Positions 11,056-23,795 of a stretch of DNA of 64,000 nt are shown one piece after another. Each line of letters begins with the position of its first letter. The first letter of the stretch is position 1. Source of the stretch: Salpingoeca rosetta (lineage: Eukaryota > Protista > Choanoflagellata); NCBI GenBank assembly GCA_033442325.1, contig JAWQFM010000022.1:836746-900745 (forward strand), given 5' to 3'. Position numbers and translations under genes: made by a program. Below the pieces are notes generated by a model. The model did no database searches. It was given only the letters and a program-made list of their open reading frames with translations, and had not been told where the DNA came from.

Positions 11056-13050
11056 TCAAGCGTTGCTCATTGGATGCGGGAGGGACGAGAAGCGGCGGGC
11101 GCGTGTGGGGCGGGCGTGGATCCTTGGTGGGCGGTCCACGCAGTGTACAGGAGACAGGATGCTGTCGTTGACAATCACGCCCCGAGACGCAGACTGCACA
11201 GTGTATTCAACGCGTTGTGTCAATCAGGGGCAGTTGGGAAAGTGTGAGGTGGCAACAGTGAGGTAGGGGGGGGGGTTGCACACCTGACACGGACACGGTG
11301 GCAGACGGACCGGGACAGGGAAAGAGGCGAACGTGGACTCATACAGGCACACACACACACACATGCAGACACACACACATGCAGACACACACACATGCAC
11401 AGAGAGACACATACAAACAGACACACAGACACATGCAGACAAAGAGACACAGAGAGACACATACAAACAGACACACAGACACATGCAGCAAAGATACACA
11501 CAGACAAAACGGCTGCTGCGTGTCACGGGCAGTTTGACGTACGGTGATGTGTGGGTAGACGGTCTGGTAGCAGCTAAAGAGGTCGAGATAGTTAAGATTG
11601 ACCTGGCCGGCCAGCGCCTGGGTGGCTGCGACGGTTATGTGGTGGCACCGGGAGAGGGCGATGCGACGCAGGCGGCGGAGGTGGCCGATGATGGTGTGCA
11701 CGCTGATGTCCGTCACCCCGTAGCAGTCGCTTGCATCCAGCACCTCCAACGACGGGCAGTACCGGCACACCGCCGCCACACCCTCGTCGTCGAAGCTTTC
11801 GGAGCACCCGCTCATGTCCAGCTCACGCAGCGCGGAGAAGCGAACGCACAGCGCGAGAAAATCCTCCTTGCTCACAGGCGTCCACCCGAGACTCACAATC
11901 TCCAGTGCGGGACCGCAGCGAGCGGCGATGGCGCGCAGCCCGCGCTGTTGTCGTGTGATGGTGCGAGTGCGAGTGTATGCGAGTGTAGGTGTGTGTGTGT
12001 GTGTGTGAATTCGAGCGATTGAGCGTTCGTTCGTGTGTGTGTGAGTGTGAGTGTGAGTGTGAGTGTGAGTGTGTGTGTGTGGGGGGGGGGGTTCGGTGTC
12101 AGTGTGAGTGTGATCGTTGGCATGAGTGCGTGACTATGTTGATGAGAGGGAATGTGCGTTATGCCACAGCGCTCTGCAGCGACTGTGTGTGCATGTCAGG
12201 GTGACACAAAAGGTCGCTCACGACAACCAAGAATGCAATGCACAGCGCGTGCAGCAGACAAGCAGCTTCTCAGATATGCTCACGCCAGTGATGTTGTGAC
12301 AGGATCGCAAGCCAAGGGACGTGAGCCGTGGGCAGTGTCGCGCCAATGCCCTGCGCGTAACAACAGTGGACGCGTAATGCATGACGCATGACATGTGAGT
12401 GCTGATTGATGATGGGGTGTAACACGCGCAATCTGAGACAGTGGTGGCATGCGCGGACACCATGTGTGTGTGTGTGCCAGTCTCCGGCTTTGTAACTCTC
12501 AGTTTCTTTCCGCCAATGTGTCCGCCTTTTCTCTTTCTCAATGCATGTGTCCTTACTCAAGTGCAGTGTCATCGATTGGCGTTCCACTCATGTCAACCCG
12601 TTGCAGTCGTGGCGACATCTGCACAGCACAGCCCACGAGGAGCAGCGCAGACACGAGCGTTAGCAGCCGGCGAGCGAGTGCAGACAGACATTTGCACCAC
12701 CAGCAGGAGCTGCACCAAAGCCCCCACACTACGAAGAGCAACAAGCGCACAGTTCTGATGCTTTCTGTTGACACACACACAGACACACACAGACACACAC
12801 AGACAGACAGGCACATGAGGAGATGCGGTGGGTCGTTGCTTACGGCAAAGATCTGGGCGAGGTCGGCAGGGTTGATGGTTGATGCAGTCAGATCGAGTGT
12901 TTCAAGTTGAAACCTGAATACATACGCATGTACACGCATGTGCACGCATGTACACGCAGAGGTGTCAGATAACACAGTTGAGGAGATTTGAGTCGAGGGG
13001 AAGGAGAGACGCGTCACAAGCTACATAACATAAACTATGAACAACATGCG

Positions 13051-13131
<81 letters not shown>

Positions 13132-13568
13132 CCGCCCCACCACACACGACCGTCCTGTGATCCGTCCTTCAGCTGCCAACAGAGAGCCAACAATTACTCA
13201 AACGCACGATTGGAGAAACGTGGCCTGGAGGCGAGGGATGACGGTGTGGACGAGGAAGAGGCGGCGCGGGCGGCGTTGCAGAAGCATCGCCCGCGCATCA
13301 AACCCAAGCGACGTGTCCTCGAGGTAAATCGTGTCCCAGCACCTCGGTGACAGCCTGCGTTCAGAGGAGCAAGGGTGCGAGTGAGCAAGAGCGTTTGAGT
13401 GTGCGAGTGAGCAAGAGCGTTTAAGTGTGTGAGTGTGTATGAGTGAGCGTGTGAGTGTGTGAGTGTGTGTGAGCAGTAGGAAACAGCAGGGAACACAGGC
13501 AGGCAGACACATGCACACGCAGACACAGACACACAAACAAACAGACAGACAGACACATACACACAGAC

Positions 13569-13599
<31 letters not shown>

Positions 13600-13754
13600 G
13601 ATGCAGATATTTTACAGCCCGGTGACTCACAGGAGGTGGTACCAACGGCGACAGACGCGGCTGCAGATGAGTTTGTCCCACGTGTTGAGTAGTTGGAATA
13701 TCGCCAGCATCGTCTCGTGTGGCAGCGTGTGGAAAGGAGCAACTTCATCTACTG

Positions 13755-13793
<39 letters not shown>

Positions 13794-14675
13794 CAACCAA
13801 CACGGTGGCGAGTTGCACAGTGCAAAGGTGGGTTCGTGAGTTTTGGGTGTTGGTGCCGAGACGCGTGCAGTTGAACAGGGATGGACTTCCACAGACACAT
13901 GGAGAGGCAGAGACAGACAGACAGGCGGGCAGATGGAAACGCACGCAACACAACACAACACAAACAACACACAAACAAACAAACTAACGAAAACACAGCC
14001 ACAGACCTTCTGCGGGGAGTTGGCGCGCGTGTGGCTCGAGCTGCAGTGCGCGGTTCACGCTAGAGCGAGCGGTGGCGGTGTCTGTGGTCTTGGCACGCTT
14101 GTTCTCCAGCACACCAGCGTCGCTGCCGCTTGTCCCTGGTCGACGCTTGACCTATGTGAGGCATGGCGTCCGGCGACGACAAAACGCCACGAGAAGATCG
14201 TGCAACCAACAATTCAATTAAGGTGAGCATGTCAGCGTGGCACGTGACACGCAGGTGGGCAGCCAGAGCTTGGGCGCACGCATGAGCTAACGGGTGTACA
14301 CACACGCGGCTCGTGACTCAGGTCAACCACGCAGCCCTCACCAAATTCAAAGGACAACAGCTACAACAGCGACAACCCATGACAGCGACAAAACCCAGGA
14401 CAGCGAGCAACAGTTGACGGCAGACACTCACATACCGTGGTTCTTGAGCACGGCGTGAGGTCTGTGGGTGGCATGCGAATGGCGTTGGCCGAGGACGTGT
14501 TGAGGGGCGATGACAACATGGAAGACGAGACTGGGGTGACCGCAGGCGAGGCGTCACTTGAATTGGGCCATTCAATGGGCTCCATCCCGGACATGTCGAG
14601 GATAATCTCCTCGATGCTGAGGTCAGAGAACACTCGCGTTCCCTGCGAGGAGGGCACCGATGAGGGCGACGACAT
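11056..14675 (-). CDS. F-box/LRR protein, SKP2 (FBXL1)-like, multi-exon; 3' boundary uncertain
   Basis: F-box [16 protein letters not shown]...[10 protein letters not shown] (~13630-13740), then [54 protein letters not shown] and LRRIALSRC cysteine-containing LRRs in SKP2-like order. Confidence 0.75.
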
Positions 14676-14966
14676 GGCGTGTTGTCACCAGCACCTTGCT
14701 TTGTGCTTGGTTGTCGTGTGGTGTGGTGTGGTGTACTGTGGTGGTGAAACTGTGACACCACACCCACGATCAACGCTAGCTAAGCTAGGTGTCCTTGTGT
14801 CTTCGCGTATGTGTACGCGTGCGGAGCACAACGCACAACGCACAACGCAACAACGCAACAACGCAACAAACGCACAACACACGCCAGGTCAGGCGGGCTT
14901 GTATGCTGCTTGCCCTGTTGTGCTCTGGCAGTGTCGTATTGTTCACCCTGCTCCGCCGCTGTGATT

Positions 14967-15012
<46 letters not shown>

Positions 15013-15497
15013 TGACAAGAGACGAGCAGCCAACAAAGAGACGACAAGCACAAGAGCGAGGGAGGCAACTGCTTTGTGCCTTCTTGGAGTTTTGGCGGCA
15101 GAAATGGCGCCTTGAGCACACTTCCCGCCACTGCGATTTGCCAAATCTTCATTGAATTATTCAGCTCACTGCTGACTCAGATTTCTGCACGTTTGTGCGT
15201 GCAAACGGCAACAGCAGCAAGAAGAAGAGAGCAAGGACCACCACACACTCCGCACAACAGCCGACACACAGCAGACACACAGCCCGAGGGGAGCGGGTTG
15301 TGTTACAGACATACAAACAGCCAGCCAGCCCACACCTTGCAGCACCCGCGCACGAGCTGCTGCTACATTCATTCTCACAGTCAAACACGTGTGCAGGAAG
15401 AGACGCGTGGTGTTGTGCGTGTATGCTGCGCGTGTGTGGACGGCAACTGCGGTCGATAACGCGGAGGTGGTTGAGGCAACCAACGGTAACAGCGAGC

Positions 15498-16589
15498 ATG
15501 AGTGGGCAGCGGGGTGTGCACGCCAAGCACGCCAAGCACGCCAAGCACGATGCCGAGCGCACGGCAGACAGCACGAACGTGACGAGCACCACCAGCGCCA
15601 CGGCTGACAACACAAACACCACCACCAACAGCAACGGCGATGGCAGCAGCAAGCCGCAGCAAGCGCAGCTCGGGCGCGTGGTGAAGATTGCGGGCAACCA
15701 GGAGGACGTGCCGGACGACGTGGTCGCAGACGCCGTGGAGACACTGCGGGCCGGTGGCGTCATTGGCGTGCCCACGGATACCATCTACGGGCTGGCGTGC
15801 CTGGCGCAGTCCACCCAGGGTGTGCGCCGCATCTACTCCATCAAAGGGCGAAGCGAACTCAAGCCCATCGCCATCTGCGTGCACGACGTCGCTGCCATCG
15901 GGGCATATGCAGAGCTGAGTGTGCCAGAGCGCTTGCTGCGCGCCTTGCTGCCGGGACCCGTGACTGTCGTGCTGCCGCGCAAGCCCGCCCTCAACCCGGA
16001 GCTCAACCCGCACACGTCACTCATTGGCGTGCGCGTCCCAGACTTCCCCTTTGTGCGCAAGCTGGTGCAGGCCCTAGGCGAGCCGCTCGCGCTGACCAGC
16101 GCCAACCGGTCTGGCGAGCAGAGCTGCATCAGCAGCAGCGAGTTCTCGCATCTCTGGGGCGAGCTCAACGCCGTGTACGACGCAGGCACGATCGAGACCA
16201 GCGGCGCAAGCCGCCTCGGCTCCACGGTGGTGGACCTTTCGCGCGGCAAGGCATATCAGGTCATTCGCGGCGGTAGCGCAGAGGAGGCGACGCTCGCTAC
16301 ATTGCACGCGCACGGTCTCAGAGCAGCAGCAGCGGCGGCGGCCGGGGACATGCAGGGACAGGCGGCCTCAACACAGCCAGCATCAACAGCAGCACTGGCA
16401 CAACGGGAGGAAGAGCAGGAAGCGCATGTAGGCACGAGTGCGCGTGATGATGGTGATGGTGATGATGGTGATGATGATGGTGATGAGCAGGCGTGCGACG
16501 ATGACGACGGTGGTGACGGTGGTGACGGGAACGGGGAACTGCGGTCGAAGCGGAGCAAGACAGACAGTGACACCAAAACGGCTGCATAG
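15498..16589 (+). CDS. YRDC: YrdC/Sua5 threonylcarbamoyl-AMP synthase (single exon, acidic low-complexity tail)
   Basis: GGVIGVPTDTIYGLAC, IKGR...KPIAICV, LLPGPVT, IGVRVP, ALTSANRSG, STVVDLS. Confidence 0.92.
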   Translation: MSGQRGVHAKHAKHAKHDAERTADSTNVTSTTSATADNTNTTTNSNGDGSSKPQQAQLGRVVKIAGNQEDVPDDVVADAVETLRAGGVIGVPTDTIYGLACLAQSTQGVRRIYSIKGRSELKPIAICVHDVAAIGAYAELSVPERLLRALLPGPVTVVLPRKPALNPELNPHTSLIGVRVPDFPFVRKLVQALGEPLALTSANRSGEQSCISSSEFSHLWGELNAVYDAGTIETSGASRLGSTVVDLSRGKAYQVIRGGSAEEATLATLHAHGLRAAAAAAAGDMQGQAASTQPASTAALAQREEEQEAHVGTSARDDGDGDDGDDDGDEQACDDDDGGDGGDGNGELRSKRSKTDSDTKTAA

Positions 16590-16608
16590 CACATAGGTGC
16601 ATGTGCAT

Positions 16609-16639
<31 letters not shown>

Positions 16640-16804
16640 CTTTGCGTGTGTGTGTTTGTTTGTTTGTGTCGCCGAGGTTGTGGGCTGCTTTGGCTGCGTG
16701 TGGCTGTTCACGTGTGATTGGCTGTAGGTCTTCTATGTATTGTGATATGTACATGTACACATAAACGGCAAGTCACGAAACAGGGTGGAGCAAAGGAGGC
16801 ACTG

Positions 16805-17513
16805 TCAGCTGTCATCAGCTGTTGGTGTGAAGCGCAAGAAATCAACCTCAACATCGACCTGCGGCAAGATGGTGCGAGGGTGTGTGTGTGACGGTAGGTT
16901 CGAGTGCATGTGGTGCAGTGTGAATGTGAGGTTTGGCCAGCATGTGGACTGACAGAGGGATGAATAGGCAAGCTGACGCACACACAGACACACACACAGA
17001 CACACACATACACGCACGCACAGACACACGTACTTGCACAGACACAAACACACACACACACATAGACATACACACGTACTTGCACAGACACACACAGACA
17101 CACACACAGACAGGCACACAGACACACACACAGACAGGCACACACACGCAAAAACACAGACGTACGCTTTTCTTCTTGTGGAACTTGTACATCTGGGGAA
17201 TGTCGTAGCGCAGCTCTGCGACCACCTCCATCTCCAGACCAAACGAACGGCACTTGCGCTGGATGAACGCGCGCGTCGACGTCTTGTTCAGTGAGTAGAT
17301 GGCGCCAGTGCATATCTGTCAGGGTGCAACGGGCGTAGGTGTGTTGGGGTTAGCGAGGTCGACCAAGCATCAGCTGGACACACGCTGGCGCAGGCACACG
17401 GTTATTCAGGTGGAGGGGGCAGCTAGACATGCAGACAGACACAAATGCACATAGAGACAGAGACAGAGACAGAGAGAGACAGAGACAAAGACAGAGACAG
17501 CAGAGACGGAGAC

Positions 17514-17548
<35 letters not shown>

Positions 17549-17854
17549 CACACAGACACACACAGACACACAGACACACACACACACACACACACACAAA
17601 TGCACTAACCCCCTTATCCCCAATTCCCCCCCCTGCCCCCAACGCATACCCACCCACCCTGGAGGCTTGCTCGAGAAAGTTCATGTCAATGCCGGCATTT
17701 TTCTTGGTGCCAAATGGAGGGTTCATGATGACGGTGTCCACTGAGCCAATGGGCAGAGGTGGGAGGTGGCCCGCGTGTCGGGTTGCTAGATGACTCCTAC
17801 AAGACAGAGACAGAGAGAGACAGAGACAAAGACAGAGACAGCAGAGACGGAGAC

Positions 17855-17889
<35 letters not shown>

Positions 17890-18445
17890 CACACAGACAC
17901 ACACAGACACACAGACACACACACACACACACACACACAAATGCACTAACCCCCTTATCCCCAATTCCCCCCCCTGCCCCCAACGCATACCCACCCACCC
18001 TGGAGGCTTGCTCGAGAAAGTTCATGTCAATGCCGGCATTTTTCTTGGTGCCAAATGGAGGGTTCATGATGACGGTGTCCACTGAGCCAATGGGCAGAGG
18101 TGGGAGGTGGCCCGCGTGTCGGGTGCCAACGTCCACGCGCAGCAGTTCCAGGTTGTCAATCTCAAACTCGTCGGCATTCGCCCGCGCAATCTCCAGCGCG
18201 TCATCATCGATGTCGCAGCCAATACACATGCCTGCGCCCAACATGATGGCGCCGATGCTCAAGATGCCGCCGCCCACGCCAAAGTCGCACACCACCTTGT
18301 CCTCCACATCGCCGTACGTGCTGTCCATTGTGTACAGCAAGTGCGCGGCAATGTGCGCCGATGTCGGGTACTGCTCAAGGAGCACCTTGGGCTCCTCAAA
18401 CGACCGCACCTGCTGCAGGTACCCTTCCAGCTCCTTCAGCCGCAT
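16805..18445 (-). CDS. METTL5: rRNA N6-adenosine methyltransferase METTL5
   Basis: [29 protein letters not shown] motif DFGVGGG, catalytic [43 protein letters not shown]. Confidence 0.93.
17461..18124. repeat. 323-bp tandem duplication inside METTL5 (17461-17783 and 17802-18124)
   Basis: Two apparently identical copies at offset 341, each containing the NPPF-coding segment, its donor site and the following microsatellite. Confidence 0.9.
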
Positions 18446-18694
18446 ATCCCTGCTGTTGTTGCCCGTGCGCTGCGTTAATAGGGTGGCGGGAAAGGAAGAG
18501 GGAGGGTTGAGGGGGTGGAGGGACGGAGTGGTGAGGGGGTGGTGAGGAGAGAGACGGAGAGAGACGGAGAGGCAGAGACAAGGGAGCAGACACACAGACA
18601 CACAGACACACAGACACACAGACACACAGACACACACAGACACACAGACACACACACACACACACACAGACACACAGACACACAGACACAGACA

Positions 18695-18746
<52 letters not shown>

Positions 18747-18858
18747 TGCGCTTGTGGTAGATGGCCTGAAAATAGGCCAATACACAACACAACACAAACA
18801 AACCTCACAAACATCCAAGTCACATCAAGCAATACGAGCAAGCAAGCAAGCGAGGAAG

Positions 18859-20615
18859 ATGCGGCTGGCACTGTTCCGCCCGCTGTGGGGCGTGATTGAG
18901 GCGTTTGATGGACAGAGATCGCTGAAGGATGCGCTGCGGGCGATCAAAGCCCTCGGGTACGAGGGTGTCGAAGTTCCCTTCAAGGCAGTGTACATGATTG
19001 GGCCCGACAAGTTCCAGCGTTTACTCCGCGACAGCGATCTGAAAGTGTGAGTGGTGCGTTTGTACGTAGTTGTGTGCGTGCGTCTGCGTGTGTGTGTGGT
19101 GTGTGCGTGCATGTGTGTGCGTGCATGTGTGTGTGTGTGTGTGCGTCTGCGTGTGTGTGTGGTGTGTGCGTGCATGTGTGTGTGTGCGTGTGTGCTGGTT
19201 GGAGTGCGTGCAACTTTGCGTGCTTGCACACGATCGTAAGCAATGGTTGCGCTCATCGCTTGTTCCATCCTTGCCAAATGACAGGGGCTTTCAGGTGTTT
19301 TCGGATGGCCCACTGGCACCAGGCGTGAAAGGTGGGTGCTGCTTTGCATCGTGAGCCTGGGTATTGACCACAGTCCTGCCTCCAAAGCCTTGCACTTCAC
19401 ATGTGTGCAGTGCGACACACACACACACACACATACTTGTGCTCTCACTCCCCCTCTCACTCTCCCCCCCTCTCTCCTTCCCCCTCTCTCTCCTTCCCCG
19501 CTTCTCCCTCTCCCTTCCTCTCCCTCCCACTTCCCCCCTCTTCCTTGTTCACAGGCTTGGCTGGCGGCCCGTATCCTGGGCATCCAGCGGAAGGGGAATC
19601 ACCGCAGGACCATTTCGAAGTCTTCAAAGCGCAAGTGCTTGCTGCCAGAGAATGTGAGTGGTGGATGCACGTGCTGGGTGTGAACGCCTGCGAGATCGTC
19701 CTGTGCGCCTGTCGTGTGGGTTGCAGCGTGCATGAATGATCGTTGGGCTGAGGGCTCTTGTGGTGCGTGTGCAGTTCACCATGTCATTTCCTTGTGTGTG
19801 GGGTGCACATTGCAATCAACCTTGAAGAACAAATGGTCGGGTTGACGTTTGCTGCGGTTGAATTACATCCCCCTTCACACAGTCGAGCCCGCGTTTGTCA
19901 ACTCCCATTCCGGCAAGGACTACTTTACACACTCGCAGGCTCTTGAATTCTTTGCCAAGGCCATACACCTCGAACGCGAAGAGAGTAAGACACCACGTAC
20001 GCCCCCCCCCCCGTTTGCTGCGTGTCAGTGTGCACGCGTATGTGTGCGCGATTGACGTTGGAACTAGTGCTTGTCACACAATGCAAGCATACACACACAC
20101 ACACACACAGACACAGACACAGACACACTCACAGACACAGACACACACACACACACACACAGACATGATCATGTGTGTTCGACCCTTGGCTTGTTTTAAG
20201 CGGTGGTCTAGTTACCATAGTTCAGTGTCTCATGTGCTTACTTACACCACATCGTGAACGTGTTTGGACACGTGTGAATGGGAACAACAGTTGGGTACGA
20301 CTTTGTCGTAACACACGAAACGCACAGAAAACGCTTCTTCTACTCACCGGTGCGTGGTTGACCCACATGACGCGCGTCCTTCCTGTCTCTTGAACCAGCA
20401 CACACCCCGCACTACCCTCGCATACTTACTGGTTGTGTGTGTGTGTGCGTGCGTGTGTGCATGTGCTTTTGGTGTTGGCTTTGCAACTCCACGTTCAGTG
20501 GGTGTGCCGCGACTTTCTCCCGACAGTCCCGGACCTCCGCCTCTGTGCAGACTTCAGGTAGTGTTCCCCACATCACACACATAGCCAGAGCCACACACAG
20601 TCAAGCAGACGGCAA

Positions 20616-20693
<78 letters not shown>

Positions 20694-21709
20694 GTGCGCG
20701 CACGCGCGCAGAGCCAGAGCCAGAGCAACACACAGTCAAGCAGACGGCAAATACACACACACACATTGACGCTTCCTTACACTTCTACTCACAAGCGCAC
20801 GCATCTGCACATGTAGCCACTTTATCAACGTGACAGAGGGAATGCCTGATGACAAGCACCTGACAGAGGTGATCACAAACCTTGCCCCGCAAGTCCGGCA
20901 TATCCACGCCCGTGTTGGCTACTCGCACGGGCCACAGGTCAGCTGCAGAGCACAGAAACGGCAGGCAGTGGGGCACAGCACGGGTGCTGGCAGTGTACGC
21001 AGGATGCATTGTTCCATCAAATCAACCATACTCAGACACACACACACACGTGCACGTTCGTGCTGCTTTCAGGTGTCTGATCCGCGCGCCCCAGAGTGGA
21101 TGCCGTTCACAGAAGGACACGAGAAGTGGTAATGCAGCAGCAATCCTCTNNNNNNNNNNNNNNNNNNNNNNNNNNNNNNNNNNNNNNNNNNNNNNNNNNN
21201 NNNNNNNNNNNNNNNNNNNNNNNNNNNNNNNNNNNNNNNNNNNNNNNNNGAGCATGGTATGTTGAGGAGCTTGTGATGCAGTATCAGACTGTGTGTGTAT
21301 GTGTGTGTTTGCGTCATGCCCCTGCGTTTGTTCCTCTGTGCGCGCGTGTGTGTTGCAGCTGTTCACGCCACGTTTATGGATGCGGTCTGAATGCTTCACG
21401 GCATTGCATCAGGCCCACCCACGTACCAGCAGACGCTGCCGTACTCCCGCGTCCCCGTCGCCGATATCTGGGAGATCAACCACTGGCTCGCCATGCGACA
21501 GAAGGTGCGATGGTGTGTTGTGTTGCATTGTGTTGTGTTGTGTTGTGGTGTGGTGTGTTGTGCTGTGGTGTTGTATTGCGTTGTGTACGTGTGTGCATGT
21601 GTGTGTTGCGTTGTTGCGTTGTTGCCCTCTCACTCCCTTGTGTACTCTTGTTGCCGCCTTCGTTTCAACTCTGCAGGAGAGGTTTGAGAAGTTGTTTTCG
21701 CTTCATTGA
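18859..21709 (+). CDS. Sugar phosphate isomerase/epimerase (xylose-isomerase-like TIM barrel), multi-exon, spans an N-gap
   Basis: LFRPLWG, GYEGVE, VNSHSGKDYF, HETHRKRFFYSP, HIHARVGYSHGPQVSDPRAPEW, GPPTYQQTLPY...ADIWEIN are motifs typical of AP_endonuc_2-type sugar isomerases. Confidence 0.8.
21150..21248. other. Assembly gap (N run)
   Basis: N bases. Confidence 1.
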
Positions 21710-22167
21710 AGTGTTGGGCATCAAGCCAACCATTCCACCACAGATTCAATGCCTTGTTACGATGTTCTTCTCGATTCGTGGTCAGCCTTGTTCTCTCGTT
21801 GCAGTACAACACACCCAACCCACACGTGGCAGCGGAAATGAACGAGCAGATGGCACAGAGAGAGATTGTGTGTGTGTGTGCGTGCGTGTGTGCGTGTGTG
21901 TGCGTTTGTGTGGGCAGAGAACAAGGTTAGGTCAAAGGGAGGCAGGCAGGAAGAGCGCGGTGCGATGAATCAGGATAGCCGCTGTTGTCGCGCGGTTTCT
22001 TTTGTGGTTTGGAGATGAAAATGGACCGTTTTGTCCATTTTTGGCAAAGTCGCCGTTATTGGAAGAAGCACTGCTCCTCGCACAACACTACCACAGCACA
22101 ACACCACCCGCCACGGCCCACATCCGTTGCATCTTCAATCGTACCCAAACAGACAGCCTCAGCGACC

Positions 22168-22630
22168 ATGCCTCGCGAACTCATCACGCTCCAGCTGGGC
22201 CAATGCGGCAACCAAAGTGAGTGAGTGAGTGAGTGAGTGAGTGAGTGAGTGAGTGAGTGAGTGAGTGAGTGAGTGAGTGAGTGAGTGAGTGAGTGAGTGA
22301 GTGAGTGAGTGAGTGAGTGAGTGAGTGAGTGAGTGAGTGAGTGAGTGAGTGAGTGAGTGAGTGAGTGAGTCGGGCCATGTGTTGAGTACCTCGCGTGGCC
22401 ACACTCGTCTCCGTTCCCCCCCCCCACGTTCCTCACAGCCACACTGGTACAAACCTCGTTCACGCGCACACAAACGTACAGTTGGCAACGAGTTTTGGAA
22501 GCAGCTCTGCGCTGAGCACGGCATCAACTCAGGTTCGACATGATCTCGTGGCACTGTTCTGTCCTCGGTGTTGGGTGCCCCAGAACCAGGGGAGGTGTTC
22601 CACTGTCTGTCTGTCTGCCTATCTGTCTGC

Positions 22631-22670
<40 letters not shown>

Positions 22671-23383
22671 CTGCCTGCCTGCCTGTCTGTCTGTCTGTCT
22701 GTCTCGCCCGCTCTTCCCCTCCCCTCACAGCTCACTCTCCTACACTCCGCACATGCACTTGCACGTGCACATTGTCACAGATGGCATCCTCGAACAGTAC
22801 GCTGCAGAAGGTACCGACCGCAAGGACGTCTTCTTCTACCAGGTGCGATCCTGTACACGCTTGTGTGTTTTGTGTGTGTGTGTTTTGTGTGCGTGTATGC
22901 TCGTGCGTGTGATTGCGTGCGCGTGTCTTTGTGTGAGGCGTACTCACCCACTTTTACACGCCCATGTTTCCTGAACACGAACGTACCCAAAGGCTGATGA
23001 CGACCACTACATTCCCCGTGCTGTCCTCGTGGATCTCGAGCCCCGCGTACGTGGTGACGGAAACTGAGAGCTGTTTGGGTTGATGGTGACCGCGTCCTCA
23101 GTTTGCTGCTGCGTGCTGCTTATGTTGTCGTCACTGGCGTGTTTTGTTTGTAGCTGCCTTTTGTGCCAACACTCATCCTGTGTGAACGCACACGTGCAGG
23201 TGCTTGATGGCATTCGCGGATCTGCAGAGACCAAGAACTTGTACAACCCAGAGAATTTCTTCTGCTCCACAGGTGCACATGCTCATCCTCGTCGTGGGCA
23301 GTGGCGCGTGAACAAGTTGTTCGGAGATTAAACGCTCGACAGACGCGTGTTCACACACACACACACACACATTCACACATGCT

Positions 23384-23454
<71 letters not shown>

Positions 23455-23731
23455 TCACATTCACAACGTCACCACGACCACCTGCAGACGGGAGCGGTGC
23501 GGGCAACATCTGGGCGCGGGGATATGCGCAGGGCGAGCGCGTACAGGAGGAGATTTTCGATATCATCGACCGTGAGGCCGATGGGTCCGACTCGCTCGAA
23601 GGGTTTATGCTCACACACTCCGTCGCTGGTGGCACGGGCTCTGGTCTTGGCTCGTACTTTCTTGAGCGCCTTAACGACAGATACCCGAAGAAGCTCGTGC
23701 AGACGTACTCCGTCTTCCCCCACAACGTGAG

Positions 23732-23795
<64 letters not shown>

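Noticed and set aside
20581-20765. Short duplicated block AGCCAGAGC...CAGTCAAGCAGACGGCAAATACAC around a (CA)n/(CG)n tract
   Set aside because: Intronic slippage or assembly echo with no evidence of function.
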